Counted from the stretch's first letter, positions 10,253 to 23,900 are shown. The stretch: 64,000 bases of DNA from Azolla caroliniana (GCA_043228905.1 JBHGNT010000001.1:4836001-4900000); one strand, 5' to 3'. Notes: a model not told the origin generated them from the sequence alone. Numbers and translations are program-made.

Positions 10253-13200
10253 TCAATCGGTAGAAGATTTACAAAAGCATGAGTAGACACGGTGGTCTTT
10301 GTGTGTAACAAACCTTGAAAGCACTTGAGAAACTTTAAGGTTGGTAGAAGCCTCTCCTTTGATGGTAGGGACAAGTATTTGTGTTTTCCCGATGGCAATG
10401 CGCCCCCCCGCAATACCTAGATAGGATAATCCCGATATTGCGGGTACATATACAGTACTATGCATGCATACATACATATCGATAGCCTTCTCAAATTGTG
10501 TGTTCCCAAGGCTTTGCCTCTCTTCATTAACTGGCATGTTGTATTCCTACATCACAAAAAAACGTATATGTTAAATTATTGTTGTGTCGTATGTTGAGAG
10601 ACTCAAAATCCTAAACAGCCTAAATTTAGTTTGAAGTTAAAAATCCTTTGATTAGCGATATAAGACCATCTTTACTAGAATCTCGAAACACTATACACCT
10701 TGACCTTAGAAAACAAGATTTACCCTTCTAGGCAGACAGTTCAAACTGTAGCCTTCGGGCGTTTTTTCTTAATACTATTGAAGAAAATCTTTGAAAATAA
10801 ATAAATAAATATATATATATATTACCCTAAACCCAAAATTCACTTACTAGAAACTCTAGACACTATACCTTAACCTTAGAACATGCAATTTACCCTAAAC
10901 CCAAAATTCAATTACTAGAAACTCTAAACACTATATACCGTGACCTTAGAACACACAATTTACCCTAAACCCAAAATTCAATTACTAGAAACTCTAAACA
11001 TTATACCATGACCTTTGAACGCATAATTTACCCTAAACCCAAAATTCAAAGTTGTTACCTTGGTATAAACATTCGGAAAGTTTTCCTTGATAGGAGCAAG
11101 GCTATCATCCCATCTCGATTGTGTCACATAGATTGGTGTATCCGATGCAAACCCCAGCCTTTTAAGGAAGGTGCTCACATCATCAGCATCATAACATTTC
11201 TTGCCATTAGATGATGTTTGAGAGCATCCCTTCCGTTTGAGCACATCCACACGCAAATCAACAGCAACAAATCTATCTCCACCGCTGCCTCTACTAACTC
11301 GCCTTATCATTCTTTCTCCTATCTTTTGCACCTTGGAGTGGAAACGTAAGGCATTATGAGTCACTAAGCACTGAATCGATCTCACATCTTCCGGCACAGA
11401 AGATTCTTCATCTTTCAAACTTGATGGCGAAAAAACTGTGGTAAGTTGGATGATGCGGTTTTGCTTATAGATGGGTGCCACATTCTCCTCTATGTATTTT
11501 GGTGTTACTCGATGAGGCACTTTCACAACTACAGGCTCAATAGTTCTCACATCGTCAGGCAATTTTCCAACGACTTTGACGATGTCTTTGAGGCTCAATA
11601 TGAAGTTATTCACATCATAAATCTTGTCAAACTCACTACCTCCCAAAGCAAGAAAATTTTATAAGGGTTGCTAAACTTATTAGAATATCAAAATATATAT
11701 AACATTTGTGAAATAGAAAGGCAATTGTGTTGTCATAGTGCCATGTGACTAATGGATGTACATAAAATCATTATATCATATTGTTTCTTTATGAATAGAA
11801 TAGGCTTTTTTGTATCACACTTATACATATTAATATGTTGATGAACAAAATTTAGACTTTCTAGTTTTGTAACAAATCTTTCTATCAAAGTTTCTGAAGG
11901 AGTAGTAACTAGTGTGCATGATGTCGAATTAAGATTATGACGATTTTATATTTGATGAAACCCAAGAAAGCATAGAAGACCGGGCAAATCTTTAATGCTT
12001 CCATCATATTTAGGCTATTTTTGGCAAATGCTTCTCAAGATTTAGTTGTTCTTTTTTGTAACTTTTGACTTAACTTCAAAGCCTCGATCATTCTTTTCAA
12101 AAAGATATGAGCTTATTTTCAGGGAATATCACTTGCAGTTTTTCAAACTTTAATAGAGTTTCAATGAATCTTTCAAGAAAATTCTAGCTCATAAAAATGA
12201 AGCCAAAACAAAAAGGTTTTAAAAGCCTTAAAAACTTAGTTATCCCATGACAATTAGTGATTTATGCGTTTATTCATTTTTTATTTTAATGTTTTATGAC
12301 ATGAATCTCTCCAAAGAGTCTTGATTTTGTAAAACTTTAAAAAAAGGTGTCAAGATCTTACCCATCTCCCTCCGTCGAAGCTTCTGCTACTTTTGGAAGC
12401 AATAAAGTGGCTTTGAGCTGTCGGGCTACGACAATAGCATCCGCTACCTGTAGAGAGTGTAGGGTTTAGGGTTTACCATACACTCGAAATGACCATTCTT
12501 GGGGTAGGATGAGTGACGTGCAAAATTAACTGACAGAACTAACTACCATGTGGAAATCTCATTATATAGGTAGTTAAGAGCATTACTTGCAATGGATGAT
12601 ATTGGGGGCCATTAGATAACATGACCACCACATAACCCCATGTCCGACCTTGTCTAACTGGCAAAAAGAAAAGATAGTTACTGAGGTGTTACTAAAGCCT
12701 AAAGTCTTCAAATTCATGTTAGTGCACTTCAAATCTCATGAAAACCCAAAGGTTCACCACATAAACATTTTGTTCATTGCTGCTACATAATCCATCTATC
12801 TATATTCAAATCCTTGGGACTATAACTTTGAATTTTCTAAATCAATAATTTTGTATAGTTCTTTTTAACGTTTTCCCAATGCTCCCAACTAAACATACTT
12901 ACTATTCACTAACACCAGTGCCATGCCATTGCATTAGCCCATAATCACATTCACACATTAAGCAAGATAGCTAAAGATGGTGTTAGTTATCGTTCATATA
13001 TATTTATATTCTAATAAATATAACTTGAATCAGGTATAAATGGAAATCCTGCCATGTTGAAATGGTTGTGTCAGCTATTTGGCAATGTTCTATGGTTGTG
13101 GCCATGAAAGCAAGAGAATTTGATAGCCTAATATGTTGACTTGTAACCAAGATGTGTGAAAGTATAGGGGATTCGAACTCCCAATCTTGTGTTGATATCT

Positions 13201-14371
13201 GAATAGCTTGGTGTAACAATGACTTGTGGAAAGCAAGGATTTGGGCCTAGCACCTTGTGCTCACAGCCTAATTGCTTCGTGTAACAAATATTTCTGGAAA
13301 TGGGTAATTAAATACATCATCTTGGATTTGAACCCACGACCCTGTGTCTATGACCTAATAGCTTTGTGTAAGAAAGATGAAGGGAAATAGATTTTCAAAC
13401 CTTGTGTTGGTAGTGTAATAGCATGATATAAAAAAATACTTGTGGAGAATAAGGATTTGAACCCGTGAACTCGATTCAAAAGCCCAACAAGTAAGACTTG
13501 TGGAAAATGTGGATTTGAACCCACAACCTTGGCATAGCAAAGACTACAACTCACTTGGTGTAGGATTGTTCCAACATTGTTGTAGATGAGGTCCCGTTTT
13601 ACCCCATAGCTCCTCCAGATGGGGATCAGCGGTCTTCACTTCCTCTGTTGTCTCCTACACAACAGAAAATAAGAAAGAAAAAAGACAACGAGAACTGTAA
13701 ACCCTAACCCTGAATCAGGAAAATCCGTAGCCTGTGTATCAGCAAGAAATGTATAGCTTGCTCTAAGCCTAAGCATAGAAGGCACCGACACAAAATAGCA
13801 AAATGTAGAACTCCTACAAGCCCTAATCAATGGAGACATAGCCAATACAAAAGAAACGGTACAACCATAACCCTTATCATGGTACCCATAGCTAAACAAC
13901 AGGAAAGCTTTAATCCATAACCCTGAATTCAGGGAATTCATACCCACCTCGGAAAATGTAATCATCCTAAACCTACTCAGAATCTATACCATCAACAGAG
14001 CATGTAGCTCTAACACAATTACGCAAGTCATATCCACAAAGATTAATGTAGCCAATAAACCTATTATTACAAACGTATCCCAGAACCTAACCAACCGATT
14101 CAGAGCATCCATACCCATAATAGAAAATGTGGCCCCTATCCCTAATTCTAACCTAATCAGAGAATCCATTACCCAGAAGAGAAAATGCAACACGAACTGA
14201 AACAGAGAATCCATTGATCGCAAAGGAGAACCTAACCTTAACGACATGATACATTACCTTGTTTCCGGTGGATAGGGAGAAGAACCGATCGTTGCTCATC
14301 ATATTGACAAGCATGACGAACATGGCCGTCGTCAAGACGGCTGCTACGGCTTGCTTAACATCACACGGCAT
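10253..14371 (-). CDS. MSR1: MANNAN SYNTHESIS-RELATED-like O-fucosyltransferase family protein (GT106), 6 exons
   Basis: Exons 14371-14258, 13654-13555, 12657-12587, 12447-12362, 11635-11059, 10546-10253, all GT-AG and in phase. Protein MPCDVKQAVAAVLTTAMFVML..GYVVVMLSNGPQYH..DAIVVARQLKATLLLP..EFDKIYDV..RFVAVDLRVD..KVSQVLSRFVTHKDHRVYSCFC matches Arabidopsis MSR1/MSR2 as remembered. Which paralogue it is remains uncertain. Confidence 0.9.
10822..11049. repeat. ~69-bp tandem minisatellite (about 3.3 copies, plus a degenerate copy at ~10672-10735) in MSR intron 5
   Basis: Unit TTACCCTAAACCCAAAATTCAATTACTAGAAACTCTAAACACTATACCTTAACCTTAGAACACACAAT is repeated. Confidence 0.9.
13165..13535 (-). repeat. 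Cluster of degenerate tRNA B-box-like repeats (SINE-like) in MSR intron 2
   Basis: GGATTTGAACCC-type motifs (minus strand GGGTTCAAATCC) at ~13167, 13237, 13324, 13453 and 13511. Several are preceded by ACTTGTGGA. Confidence 0.55.
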
Positions 14372-14574
14372 TTTGCGTTTTTTGCTTTCTTCGGCAGAGA
14401 AGAAGAAGTAGAAGATGGGAGGAACGAGATGAAGGGATACAGAATTAGATCTGAGTTAGATCAGAGCAGAGAAAGAGAGAACAGGAAAACGTGATATTTC
14501 TTTGAGCTATCCCAGCAAAACATAGCTGCACACCTCCAACTGTATGGATGTGAATGTATGCATACCTGTCCGTA

Positions 14575-14877
14575 TGTGTGTTATGTATGCATGTATGCAC
14601 GTATGTATGTATGTATGTATGTATGTATGTATGTATGTATGTATGTATGTATGTATGTATGTATGTATGTATGTACACATCTATGTATGTATGTATGTAT
14701 GTGGATGTATGTACATATCTATGTATGTGTGTGCACATCTATGTATGTATGTATGTATATGGATGTATGTATATATCTATGTATGTGTGTGCACATCTAT
14801 GTATGTATGTATGTATATGGATGTATGTACATATCTATGTATGTGTGTGTGTATGTATGTATGTATGTATGTATGTG
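14575..14877. repeat. (TATG)n microsatellite with higher-order ~48-bp repeats upstream of MSR
   Basis: Pure TATG run followed by repeated ...GTGCACATCTATGTATG...GGATGTATG... units. Confidence 0.95.
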
Positions 14878-16512
14878 TTGTTGTCTTGTGTCGGTGTGAC
14901 AATGAAAGAAAAAGGGTAGAGTTTCTTTTACTTGCCAATGACAAGGAAATTGGATTGCTTTTTGCTTTTTGCTTTTTATTGGCTGGTTTTGGATGCATAC
15001 CAACATTCATGGGTACCCCACAATCGCCTTGTTACTATCGTGCTAAGTCTTGCAGCCTGCCTCAATTATGAGTTTGTTGTCCATCCATTTGTGCCATCAC
15101 CCATTTTACATAATCACACCATGCATATAACCATCGCATCTTCCGTTTTGCATAATCACACCACTGATTACGAAAAGTCGTCTCACTTGTGGATCTTGTA
15201 AGCTTTGCTTACATCTCATTTACTCGATTAAACAACGTTTTACATGCAGTCGTGTTCTAGGTTAGGTAGGATGCACGCATGTCTCTATTCCGATGCTTGT
15301 GGTTCTTTGGATGGGCCTTTATTAATGGATAGGGTAATTTGATACATCCAATGATCCATTTATTTGCATCTTTTGCCTAAAGCTCTTGACCAACGCCATT
15401 CTAAGGATCTTGCATTGGCAAAACTCCAATCAATATTGTATGAGACAACTATATTCCTATATTTCGCAAAGTCATGTCAACATGTTAATAAGTTGGATAT
15501 TGCAAGGTTTTTAGAATCTGGTCACTATGCACGTTTTCTCTTTCTTTTTCTGTCCTTTTATTATCATAAGTTCAAAACACTCCTACCACCTCTTTTCAAC
15601 TACAGACTAAATTCTTTTTCTCAACCTGATATACATACGTGTGTACTAATTTACCGACACATTATTTTTATCATACCACACTATTTTTCCTAAACATATG
15701 TATGTAACAAATATATCATTTTGTGGCTGCCATCAATCCTATACATCCAACTCATTTACGAGAAAACAAATCAACTCCTTTTTCATGGGTGGTCAAACTT
15801 ATGCTCGACAACCACGTTGTTGCGCATTTAGTGCATCATGGATGGGGATGTTAAATTGTTGCCAAGAGGTTTTATATCAACCAAATAGATTCCCTCGAAT
15901 TGAGTTCCCAATTGAAATTGCTCTCTTAATTATAATTGTTCAACATTGCTATCATGATCATGCTCACTCAACTCACAAGTACCATTTAATGGCAAGGCTA
16001 AGTGCTAGTTTTAAGCCATTTTCTCGAGGTGTTGTCTTCTTTGTGAGTTTTCAAGCTTGTGCATTTACATTGAAATTTGAGTATAGTGCATTTCTATGAC
16101 ATAATGACATGGGGATAAAAATGGCAAATGGGAAGAAAGGACACCACAAACACACTTAAAGGCTTTTTCGGTTTCTATGCCTACAACATTTAATATTCCT
16201 TCTATGTTTTTTTAATAATCCTACGATTTTTGCCAACATTATTACGTTGCATCATGTGACATATTTCTATACATTAATTAACAAGGAACAAATCAATCTT
16301 TAGAGGTCTTGTGCTTTTCTGCTTCTTCTTAAAAGTAGTGTCCTAACTTGAAAAATATGTACTGAAGTTGCAATGTAAAATGAGTTGGATCTACTTTTAA
16401 GTTTTAACAAATATAACTTTCTTTGTAATGATATCTTATCCATCTCTGTCTCAAATCTATGTCGTAATATTTCTCTTGCCCTCATACACTCAAAGTCGGT
16501 TCACTTTCTCTT

Positions 16513-16528
16513 TGTGTGTGTGTGTGTG

Positions 16529-16584
<56 letters not shown>
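16513..16584. repeat. Compound (TG)n(TA)n(GA)n microsatellite
   Basis: Directly visible in the sequence. Confidence 0.95.
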
Positions 16585-17438
16585 CCTTTCATTGTTTCCT
16601 CAATTGCCCAATGTTTACATTATTTTCCTCGAAACCCTTTCTCTATCCCCAAAAAAGAGGAAAACGGGATGAGTTGATGAAAAAGGATGTGAATTGACCA
16701 TAAATTGCTTGCATAACACGTATATTCACGTTCTCAAGAATCGATCAAGGGTATTTGGAGAAATTGTGAGACATTCAAGAGTATTTCAACACTTTCGCTT
16801 ATCTCTCTCATATTTTTTGCATTTCTATCTCATCCTTGGAATAATTATAGAGCAGACTCACTATTCATTGTGAGTTCATCAATCTGCCTTGAATTATGTT
16901 GTTACCACAGGTAGACTTTTAGTAATAACATCATTATTATCGAAAGAGATTAGTGATGTGATGGTTTAGTTAGAAGATCATGCACCTATAATATTTTAAG
17001 TGTCCCTTGTAAGGGTAAGAAAGTTAACAATCAATGTCCCCTTGATAAAAAACTGAGGCAAGATTGTAATTAACTATAAAAGTAGTTAGATATTCAACCC
17101 CCCTAAATTACATGCCTTAATGTCAGATTGGTCATGAAAATGTGAATGTGAACAATGTTGTGATTTTGGTGATACTTAATGTTCATTTTCTCATTATAGT
17201 CATGCAAAATAAAAATTTATAAACTTCATCCACTAAATATATTTCATGTCTATGAATTATATCACTAAACATAGTATATTATCTATACTGGTCTCACAAC
17301 AAAACCGAATAAAAATGTATTGTAGCTGGTAGGTATCTTCTATCACATCAGTACATACAATAAATTATAATAAATATATATATAATAAGATGCATGTTAT
17401 AGTAGTAAACTTTACCATCCATTGGGTGCATGAAAAGG

Positions 17439-17501
17439 TTCTTTGTAGCCTTTGGCCATCTTTCCATTAATACCAAGGTGAATCTTTATTCGAAAAAAAA
17501 A
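17439..17501 (+). mobile_element. Very short LINE 3' tail, same family as 9141-9515
   Basis: TTCTTTGTAGCCTTTGG...TTCCATTAATACCAA...TCTTTATTC plus poly(A), nearly identical to 9453-9510. Possible short TSD AAAAGG. Confidence 0.65.
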
Positions 17502-18149
17502 GGATGTTCTACTTTGAGCTTGAACACAACAACTTATCACTAGGATTAAAGTATGTGTAAGCTAAGGAATGGAACCACTCATGTTGCAAAACAAGCAACA
17601 CATTGCAAGCCACGATGACATGCTCAACAAATGACAGACGAACATGATGTATGTCGTCAAACTTGGTGATACATTATCAACAATGAATATGCAATGTGAC
17701 TATGACACCCACTTTCAAACATGCCAAGAAGCAACCCACAACCTTGTTGGATGGAGCTCACATGCACAACGATAGTCCCAACCAATTATCAACAATCTCC
17801 TCATTAGTGGATGTATACAACATTCAACCCTAATGATTGTACGAGCCTAAAGAAGAATCTGAGAACCTATTTGAAGGGAAATTAAGAGAAGTTTCATAGG
17901 ATGTAATGTGTGAGGCGAATTGACTCATGAAAGGTATTGTGCTAGTTGAATTGAAGAATTTGAAGTGTTAAAGACAAGAATTTGGCACACCACAACTACA
18001 ATAGACATTAGCCTAATTTGTGCTTTGACTCAACCAACTTCTACAAAGATCGAATTCCAACTACCAAAATCCTAATACAAGGTCGTGTTCTTAAATGCTC
18101 TTATTTATATGCAATTGACTTCATTCCTAACCCATTTCAGATCAAGGTA

Positions 18150-18480
18150 CCACCCACATTAAAGGGTGGCAAAGTACTCTAGGATGGCCCATGGTGCAAA
18201 AGGATATGTATGTAACCAAAAGGCCAAGCCCCACAAGCCCCACCATCCAATTCTCTCACTCATGTTATTTCATTAACGGGGTCTTGACTTCAATGGTCCA
18301 TCTACACATGGAGCCACCTAAATAAACAACAAATGCATTATCATGTTCACGTAATATTGCACAAAGTGGGTAGAAGCAAATGCTCTTTAGAAAAACATTG
18401 TTATATCCGTGACCTCTACTTTCTATATGAAAACATTTGGTCATTATGGTTGCCCAATTGAGTTGCCCAATTGCATAATA
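18150..18480 (+). mobile_element. Highly decayed gypsy-type integrase fragment
   Basis: Fragments read WPMVQKD..., GLDFNGP, CTKWVEA.AL and YGCPIEL across frameshifts. Confidence 0.6.
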
Positions 18481-21182
18481 CTAGATATGAAACCTTAATA
18501 TTATAGTAATTATGATTATCATAACATCAATCCGCAAAATTCTTAGTTTGCAATCCATCCATTGCCATTCTAAAAAATTATAAATTGTTCAAAAAATGCA
18601 AATATAACACATTTTCAAGAATCCACATGACAACATAGATTGTTGAAGTGTTTACTTAGAAAACCGTATAATAAAGTATCGTCTTTCACCTTAACATTCT
18701 CCTTGATTAATCAATGCATGCGAATCCTTCCCAAAATGATTGATGCAACACTTGTAACCATCTCTTGTGAATGTATCTAGTTGGTGATGTTGGTGTGAAA
18801 TGCCTTCAACATAAACTAAAGTCATGCCTCAATTCTTGTTATGCTACACATACATGTCTCATGAAATATCTAGTAGAAAATTCATTTATAGCAAATGTAT
18901 TTATAGGGAGTGACAAATGGAATGTTTTGATAAATGATTTGAGAAGTCTCGTGATGTTAATCTTGCTTCTTGAAATCTACAATTTAGATAATAAATTTCA
19001 ATCCTCAAGTATTAAAAAATAATATAATTCAGTTATGCATAAGAAGTATGTGGAGAACGTGGTCATCATGAACGAGTAAAATGTTTGACACATATTTTTT
19101 AATGTATTGTTTCTTGACAAATCATAAGAACCACATCTATTAGTTACAACAAGCTATGAACCTACATTATAGATTATGACTATAACCGTCGTATACCTTA
19201 TCGGTTTATGGGATATGTTATGTTTTAGTGGGGCACTTTACAAAGTTACTTGTCTATGGATGAGAGGTATATTTCTCCCTAACCCATGTTGATGAGTAAA
19301 AGTTTTCTATTTGCTGCCTATGACTCTTTCAAAAACATTTTTCTACATATCATGTGACATCTTCCATAGTCGGCCTTGTATGGGTAGACAACTGTGGAAT
19401 CCTACAATCCAATTTAAGTATCAAGAACCATTCCACAATTAAGTAGTGAAATGATAACATTACGTTTTAATAGAAAATTTAATGTTCATAACGAATACGA
19501 CAAAATCTCCTGGAGAAATGCAATTTCTGCACGATGAAACGAGAATTATGCTTTAAAACATTGAAATAATATGGCATCAAAATGATGAAAAAAATAGTTA
19601 TCCCAGATCAAATGACTTGTTTAAATCCTAATGCACCTCTCAATGGTATGAAAGTAGCAGCCTTAGAGTATATGCTTCATATCAAATGAAAAATGCAAAG
19701 ATTTAGAACATTAAATCAAACTTAGATGAAATAACTATATTGACAACACTTACAAAAAACTTAACCTAAGAACACCATCTACATCCAAAAGGCTATTTTT
19801 CCTCTTGACAATAATATGTTTGAACATAGAATAAATGAGGAGGACGCCATGATGTGCAACGTTTGTGAAGGGTTGATCGAGAGGTCATGTCAATGGAGCC
19901 ACAAGGAAAGACTGCGAGAACAAGATAAACAATATACGAGAAAATGCGAAATTTTCAAAAAGGTCAATGCATGGATTGTGTTTTATATATACACATTTGG
20001 ACATGCCACATTGCAAGAAATAGTGGCATATGAAGACATACAAAAAGAAAACCTCTTTTGAGCCAACCGTGTTCTTTCGCATAAGAATGAAAATTCTCGC
20101 AAATAAAAAATATGGGTTTCTACTTTTGGACCCAATAACGTTATAATGTGAAAATAATAGAAATATAAAGGGATAATCTTGGATCTTTATCCTTACGAAA
20201 AAAATATCATTTTTTTCGGCATGTGTTTGATTTATCTACGAATTTGATATGGAGAATCAAATATATTTTATTTGGATTGCATCTCACATCCATATGCTAA
20301 TAATTGAACACTCAAGGTATATTTTGCTAGCATATCGTAGGTTGTGTTGACACTTGATCTCCACAAGGTATAACCTTCGCTAGAAATAGGGAAAACCATT
20401 CTTTTAAATAAGGTTGGTGATGTGTGAGTGTGTTTCTAAAAGAATACTTGCACACCACAATAATTATACATTGCTGCAAGTATAAGGGCTTTCACGTAAA
20501 TGTGCATGATGCAAAATGTAATTCTTGTTTCTCCTTGAATGCTTAATGTTGCGTACATTGAATCAGTTCAATATGCGGGTGATGTAGTGTACTTTGTTTA
20601 TCATTAAACTATGGCACTAACAAATAAGTAGCTATAAAATTATATTAGAGTTTAGACCCCACCCAACGTTTGAGCATTTAGTCCTAATCAACTTGCAAAA
20701 CCATTTGGTAGAGGTGCCATACATGCAACATCAATTAAAAAACTTTGAATAATGGCTAGTAGCTAGACCTAAGCTAAATAGAAAGTTGTGTAGTAAGGTT
20801 TTGATTGATTTGCAAGTGGTGTGATTATATAGGTTACATCCCATTTATTGATATCTAGTCTAGAAGTACTAACTTGAAATTGTATTTGTCTACACAATGG
20901 AATAGGTCACCGGTTACAATTATTTATATGGTTAATGTATCCTTTTGTGCATTTTTTTACCACAATGTATGGAATGTGGGTCTTGCCAAATGAGAGGTAT
21001 GTAGTAGAAGTGGGGTAGGTTGGGGGTAGAGACAAAATGACTAGTATAATAGTGGATTATCCATATCTCCTCTCTCTCTCTCTCTCTCTCTCTCATGTCC
21101 TTCTACAACATATTATATATAGAGAGAAGGTTAAGGTTGTTGCTAAGAGAGTTAGAGATAAGATTCTAGAGAAATTGGAGCA

Positions 21183-21635
21183 ATGGAAAGGTTGCAAAAT
21201 TGTAGTCTCATGAAGGATCAACAACAATGGTGTGGTGGTAATGTCTCATGGAAAAATTTATCATGGGGGATACTCAAATTAGAGGAGAGGATCATGAAGA
21301 GGGCATCATACAAAAAATTAGATATGGCGCAACTATCAACAAGTGATGACAAGAAGAAGAAGAAGATTAAGGAGAATATTAGGAATATAGAGGAGGATAG
21401 TGGAGAGCGAAGTAACATAAGTAACGATAGAGCGGTGTATAATGCATGTAAGGAGAGGCCGGAAGTGGCATGTAAGTTTGAGATGCCATTGCACTACCCT
21501 CGATTCAATAGGGAGGACTATGAGACCATGCCTGAGTGGCAATTGGATCGTCTCCTCCAAGAATATGGCCTCCCTATTGTAGGCACCCTACACCACAAAC
21601 AACACTTTGCCATGGGCACCTTCCTTTGGAGTTAG
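21183..21635 (+). CDS. Small plant protein of unknown function (DUF7722-like; At5g55620/At3g55570-like), single exon
   Basis: C-terminal FEMPLHYPRFNREDYETMPEWQLDRLLQEYGLP...KQHFAMGTFLW is the conserved signature of this plant family. TATA-like TTATATATAG at ~21113. The start codon is uncertain because there are several in-frame ATGs. Confidence 0.8.
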   Translation: MERLQNCSLMKDQQQWCGGNVSWKNLSWGILKLEERIMKRASYKKLDMAQLSTSDDKKKKKIKENIRNIEEDSGERSNISNDRAVYNACKERPEVACKFEMPLHYPRFNREDYETMPEWQLDRLLQEYGLPIVGTLHHKQHFAMGTFLWS

Positions 21636-22105
21636 TAACTCCTTTAATCCTTTGGAGTTGTTCAAAAGCTTTATGCCAAACTTATATATATATATCTCAA
21701 TTTTATCCATAGTAAATGCACTCGTATTGCAATATCACGCATTTTCTCTAGGTTTATCATGTCTTGGATGCATCATGGTTTCATTTTGCATGGCATCACA
21801 CTCAACCTTATTTTTATGTGATTATGATCAGTCGCTCGCCACTTTCATAATGCATCCAACAATTTCCTATTATGCATGAATTCCCGCTTGTTATCATCTT
21901 AATACCTATGTTGTCACTCCATGATCATCACTTTTAAAGTTCAATGTAACCTTTGTATATCATTTAAATCCAAGGAATGTGCATATATTCTCCTTTTACA
22001 TGAACTATAGTTAAGTAAAACATTAGTCATCATTGTCTTATGAGACAACTCTCTCTAGTCTACAATGCAAATAGTCCTTTGGGAGTGTGAAAAAACAACA
22101 CCATG

Positions 22106-22108
<3 letters not shown>

Positions 22109-22177
<69 letters not shown>

Positions 22178-22182
22178 GTATG
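22109..22182. repeat. Compound (CT)n(TA)n microsatellite
   Basis: Directly visible in the sequence. Confidence 0.95.
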
Positions 22183-23437
22183 TACTTATTTATTTATTTG
22201 GTCTTTGAGGACAATATTATATCTATCTATCTCCCTATGTCTATGTATTGTTGCTATTAGAAAGCTCGTTATTGAAGCGTAGCATATTAGTTGAATAGAG
22301 TGATTAATTCATGTCATTGATCTCTCATTTGTTGGATATATAACTTCTTCAAAGCCAACAATATATAATTGGGGAAGTCATAATGCAAACTTAAAATTTA
22401 TGTTTTATGAAAATGTAAGGTTTAAACAATTAATGTAACTTTTTTCTTTATTGTTGGCCCGTTTGTATAAATTTACTCATTAGTAGTTTAATTGAGAGAT
22501 CAATGCAAAAGCAACTAGTTTATGCAAACATATATAGACAAGGACGGATGACGTAGAGATTCCTACCAACACATCATTTGTGAATAATTTTTAGTAGACA
22601 CTATTTTGACAATATGATCATGGTCATGAAGCAAAATCGTATGGTTTGTGAATTTGCAATTGAATTCACAAGTTACAACTTTACAATTACATGTTGACCT
22701 TATTAATGTACTCCACATTCTTGAAATAGAGACATGGTTTTCTTTAAATGTTCCAAATGTAGAGAAGAAGATGTTACACACAAAGCACAATGTGTACGCT
22801 TATATGCATTTAATGTTATGATGAGGAAATAATAACGAGGAATATTCTATAACTATCGACTTAATATTAGATTTACCATCAACTTCATGAACAAGGCTCC
22901 TTGAGACAACAAAATTCCTCTTCAATGTTATTAACTCATTTAGGTTATGAAACTTGAAACTAGATCATTGAAAAACTTCTAAAAGGTTATTGATTTTGCA
23001 ATAGTTGAAAGTAGAGATATAGCGATTAGAATTACAACATGTTCTCTTAGGGGTATGAAATCAATGTTTATAAGCGCATAATTGGAAATTTCTAAAGTGA
23101 AAATAAAGAAGACTTGTGATCGTTAATATCTTCATATGGCCAAGAAGTGAGTGAGAAAGAGGGGGCTTATAGAGATCAAGAGATAGAGATAACCTCAACT
23201 AATTTAAGCAAGACTCGGACTTGTTAGCTAATGGCATGATTGGTTATACATAAAGATATCCTTAGCCTCAATTAGAGAGAGAGAGAGGGATATGTATCAA
23301 TGCTACATGTAAGTCCTCTCATTCTCATCATGATTGATGAATGTGGTCCGCGGATGTGATTGGCCTAAAAGACCTTTTAAAGGATAGCCATTTTAAGGAA
23401 AATCATTGACCAATCTTTCATCATTCAATAAGTTATA

Positions 23438-23900
23438 TTTTTTTCTTTTGTAAAAGATATGCCTTGGTATTATAAAATCACAAAAAAGAGGTACAAAAGT
23501 TGTGTTGGAGAAACAGAGATAACATCCCATTCCATTAGACCCACATCATGGCCGATTTGATGTGTATATACAATAGCCAAACATATTTGTATACCATATC
23601 GCCAAGATTACTATGCTCTACTCCTCCCAAACTGCGAATGATCACGGAGTGTAGCCTATACCACCAACAACTATAGCAACAAAAGCCATCAACAAAGTCC
23701 AAAAAATAATGGGTTGATAATTGATTATTATATCCTATGGGCTCACCACAACAACAATCAAGGTTTCCACAATTGTTCTCTCTCTACAACTCCACCCCAA
23801 CAACACAAGGTAGTGAGACAACCATAATTGAGACAACATAGAAAGTGACATGTGGTGGAGAAAAGGAAGTGAATGGTGGCAACTAGATGGTGATGCCAAC
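23438..23900 (-). mobile_element. LINE 3' end on the minus strand (5' extent approximate)
   Basis: Reverse complement ATTTTATAATACCAAGGCATATCTTTTACAAAAGAAAAAAA is nearly identical to 4622-4670 on the plus strand. No TSD found. Confidence 0.55.

Noticed and set aside
10822-11049. CRISPR-like spaced repeats (also considered at 33300-33705 and 55865-56030)
   Set aside because: Whole units repeat with no unique spacers, there are no cas genes, and the context is eukaryotic intron.
13165-13535. Functional tRNA genes
   Set aside because: Only T-arm-like motifs are present; no acceptor stem, D-arm or anticodon arm could be assembled.
14445-15071. Many overlapping ORFs reading MYVCMYV / HTYIHTY
   Set aside because: Translations of the (TATG)n microsatellite, which lacks stop codons.
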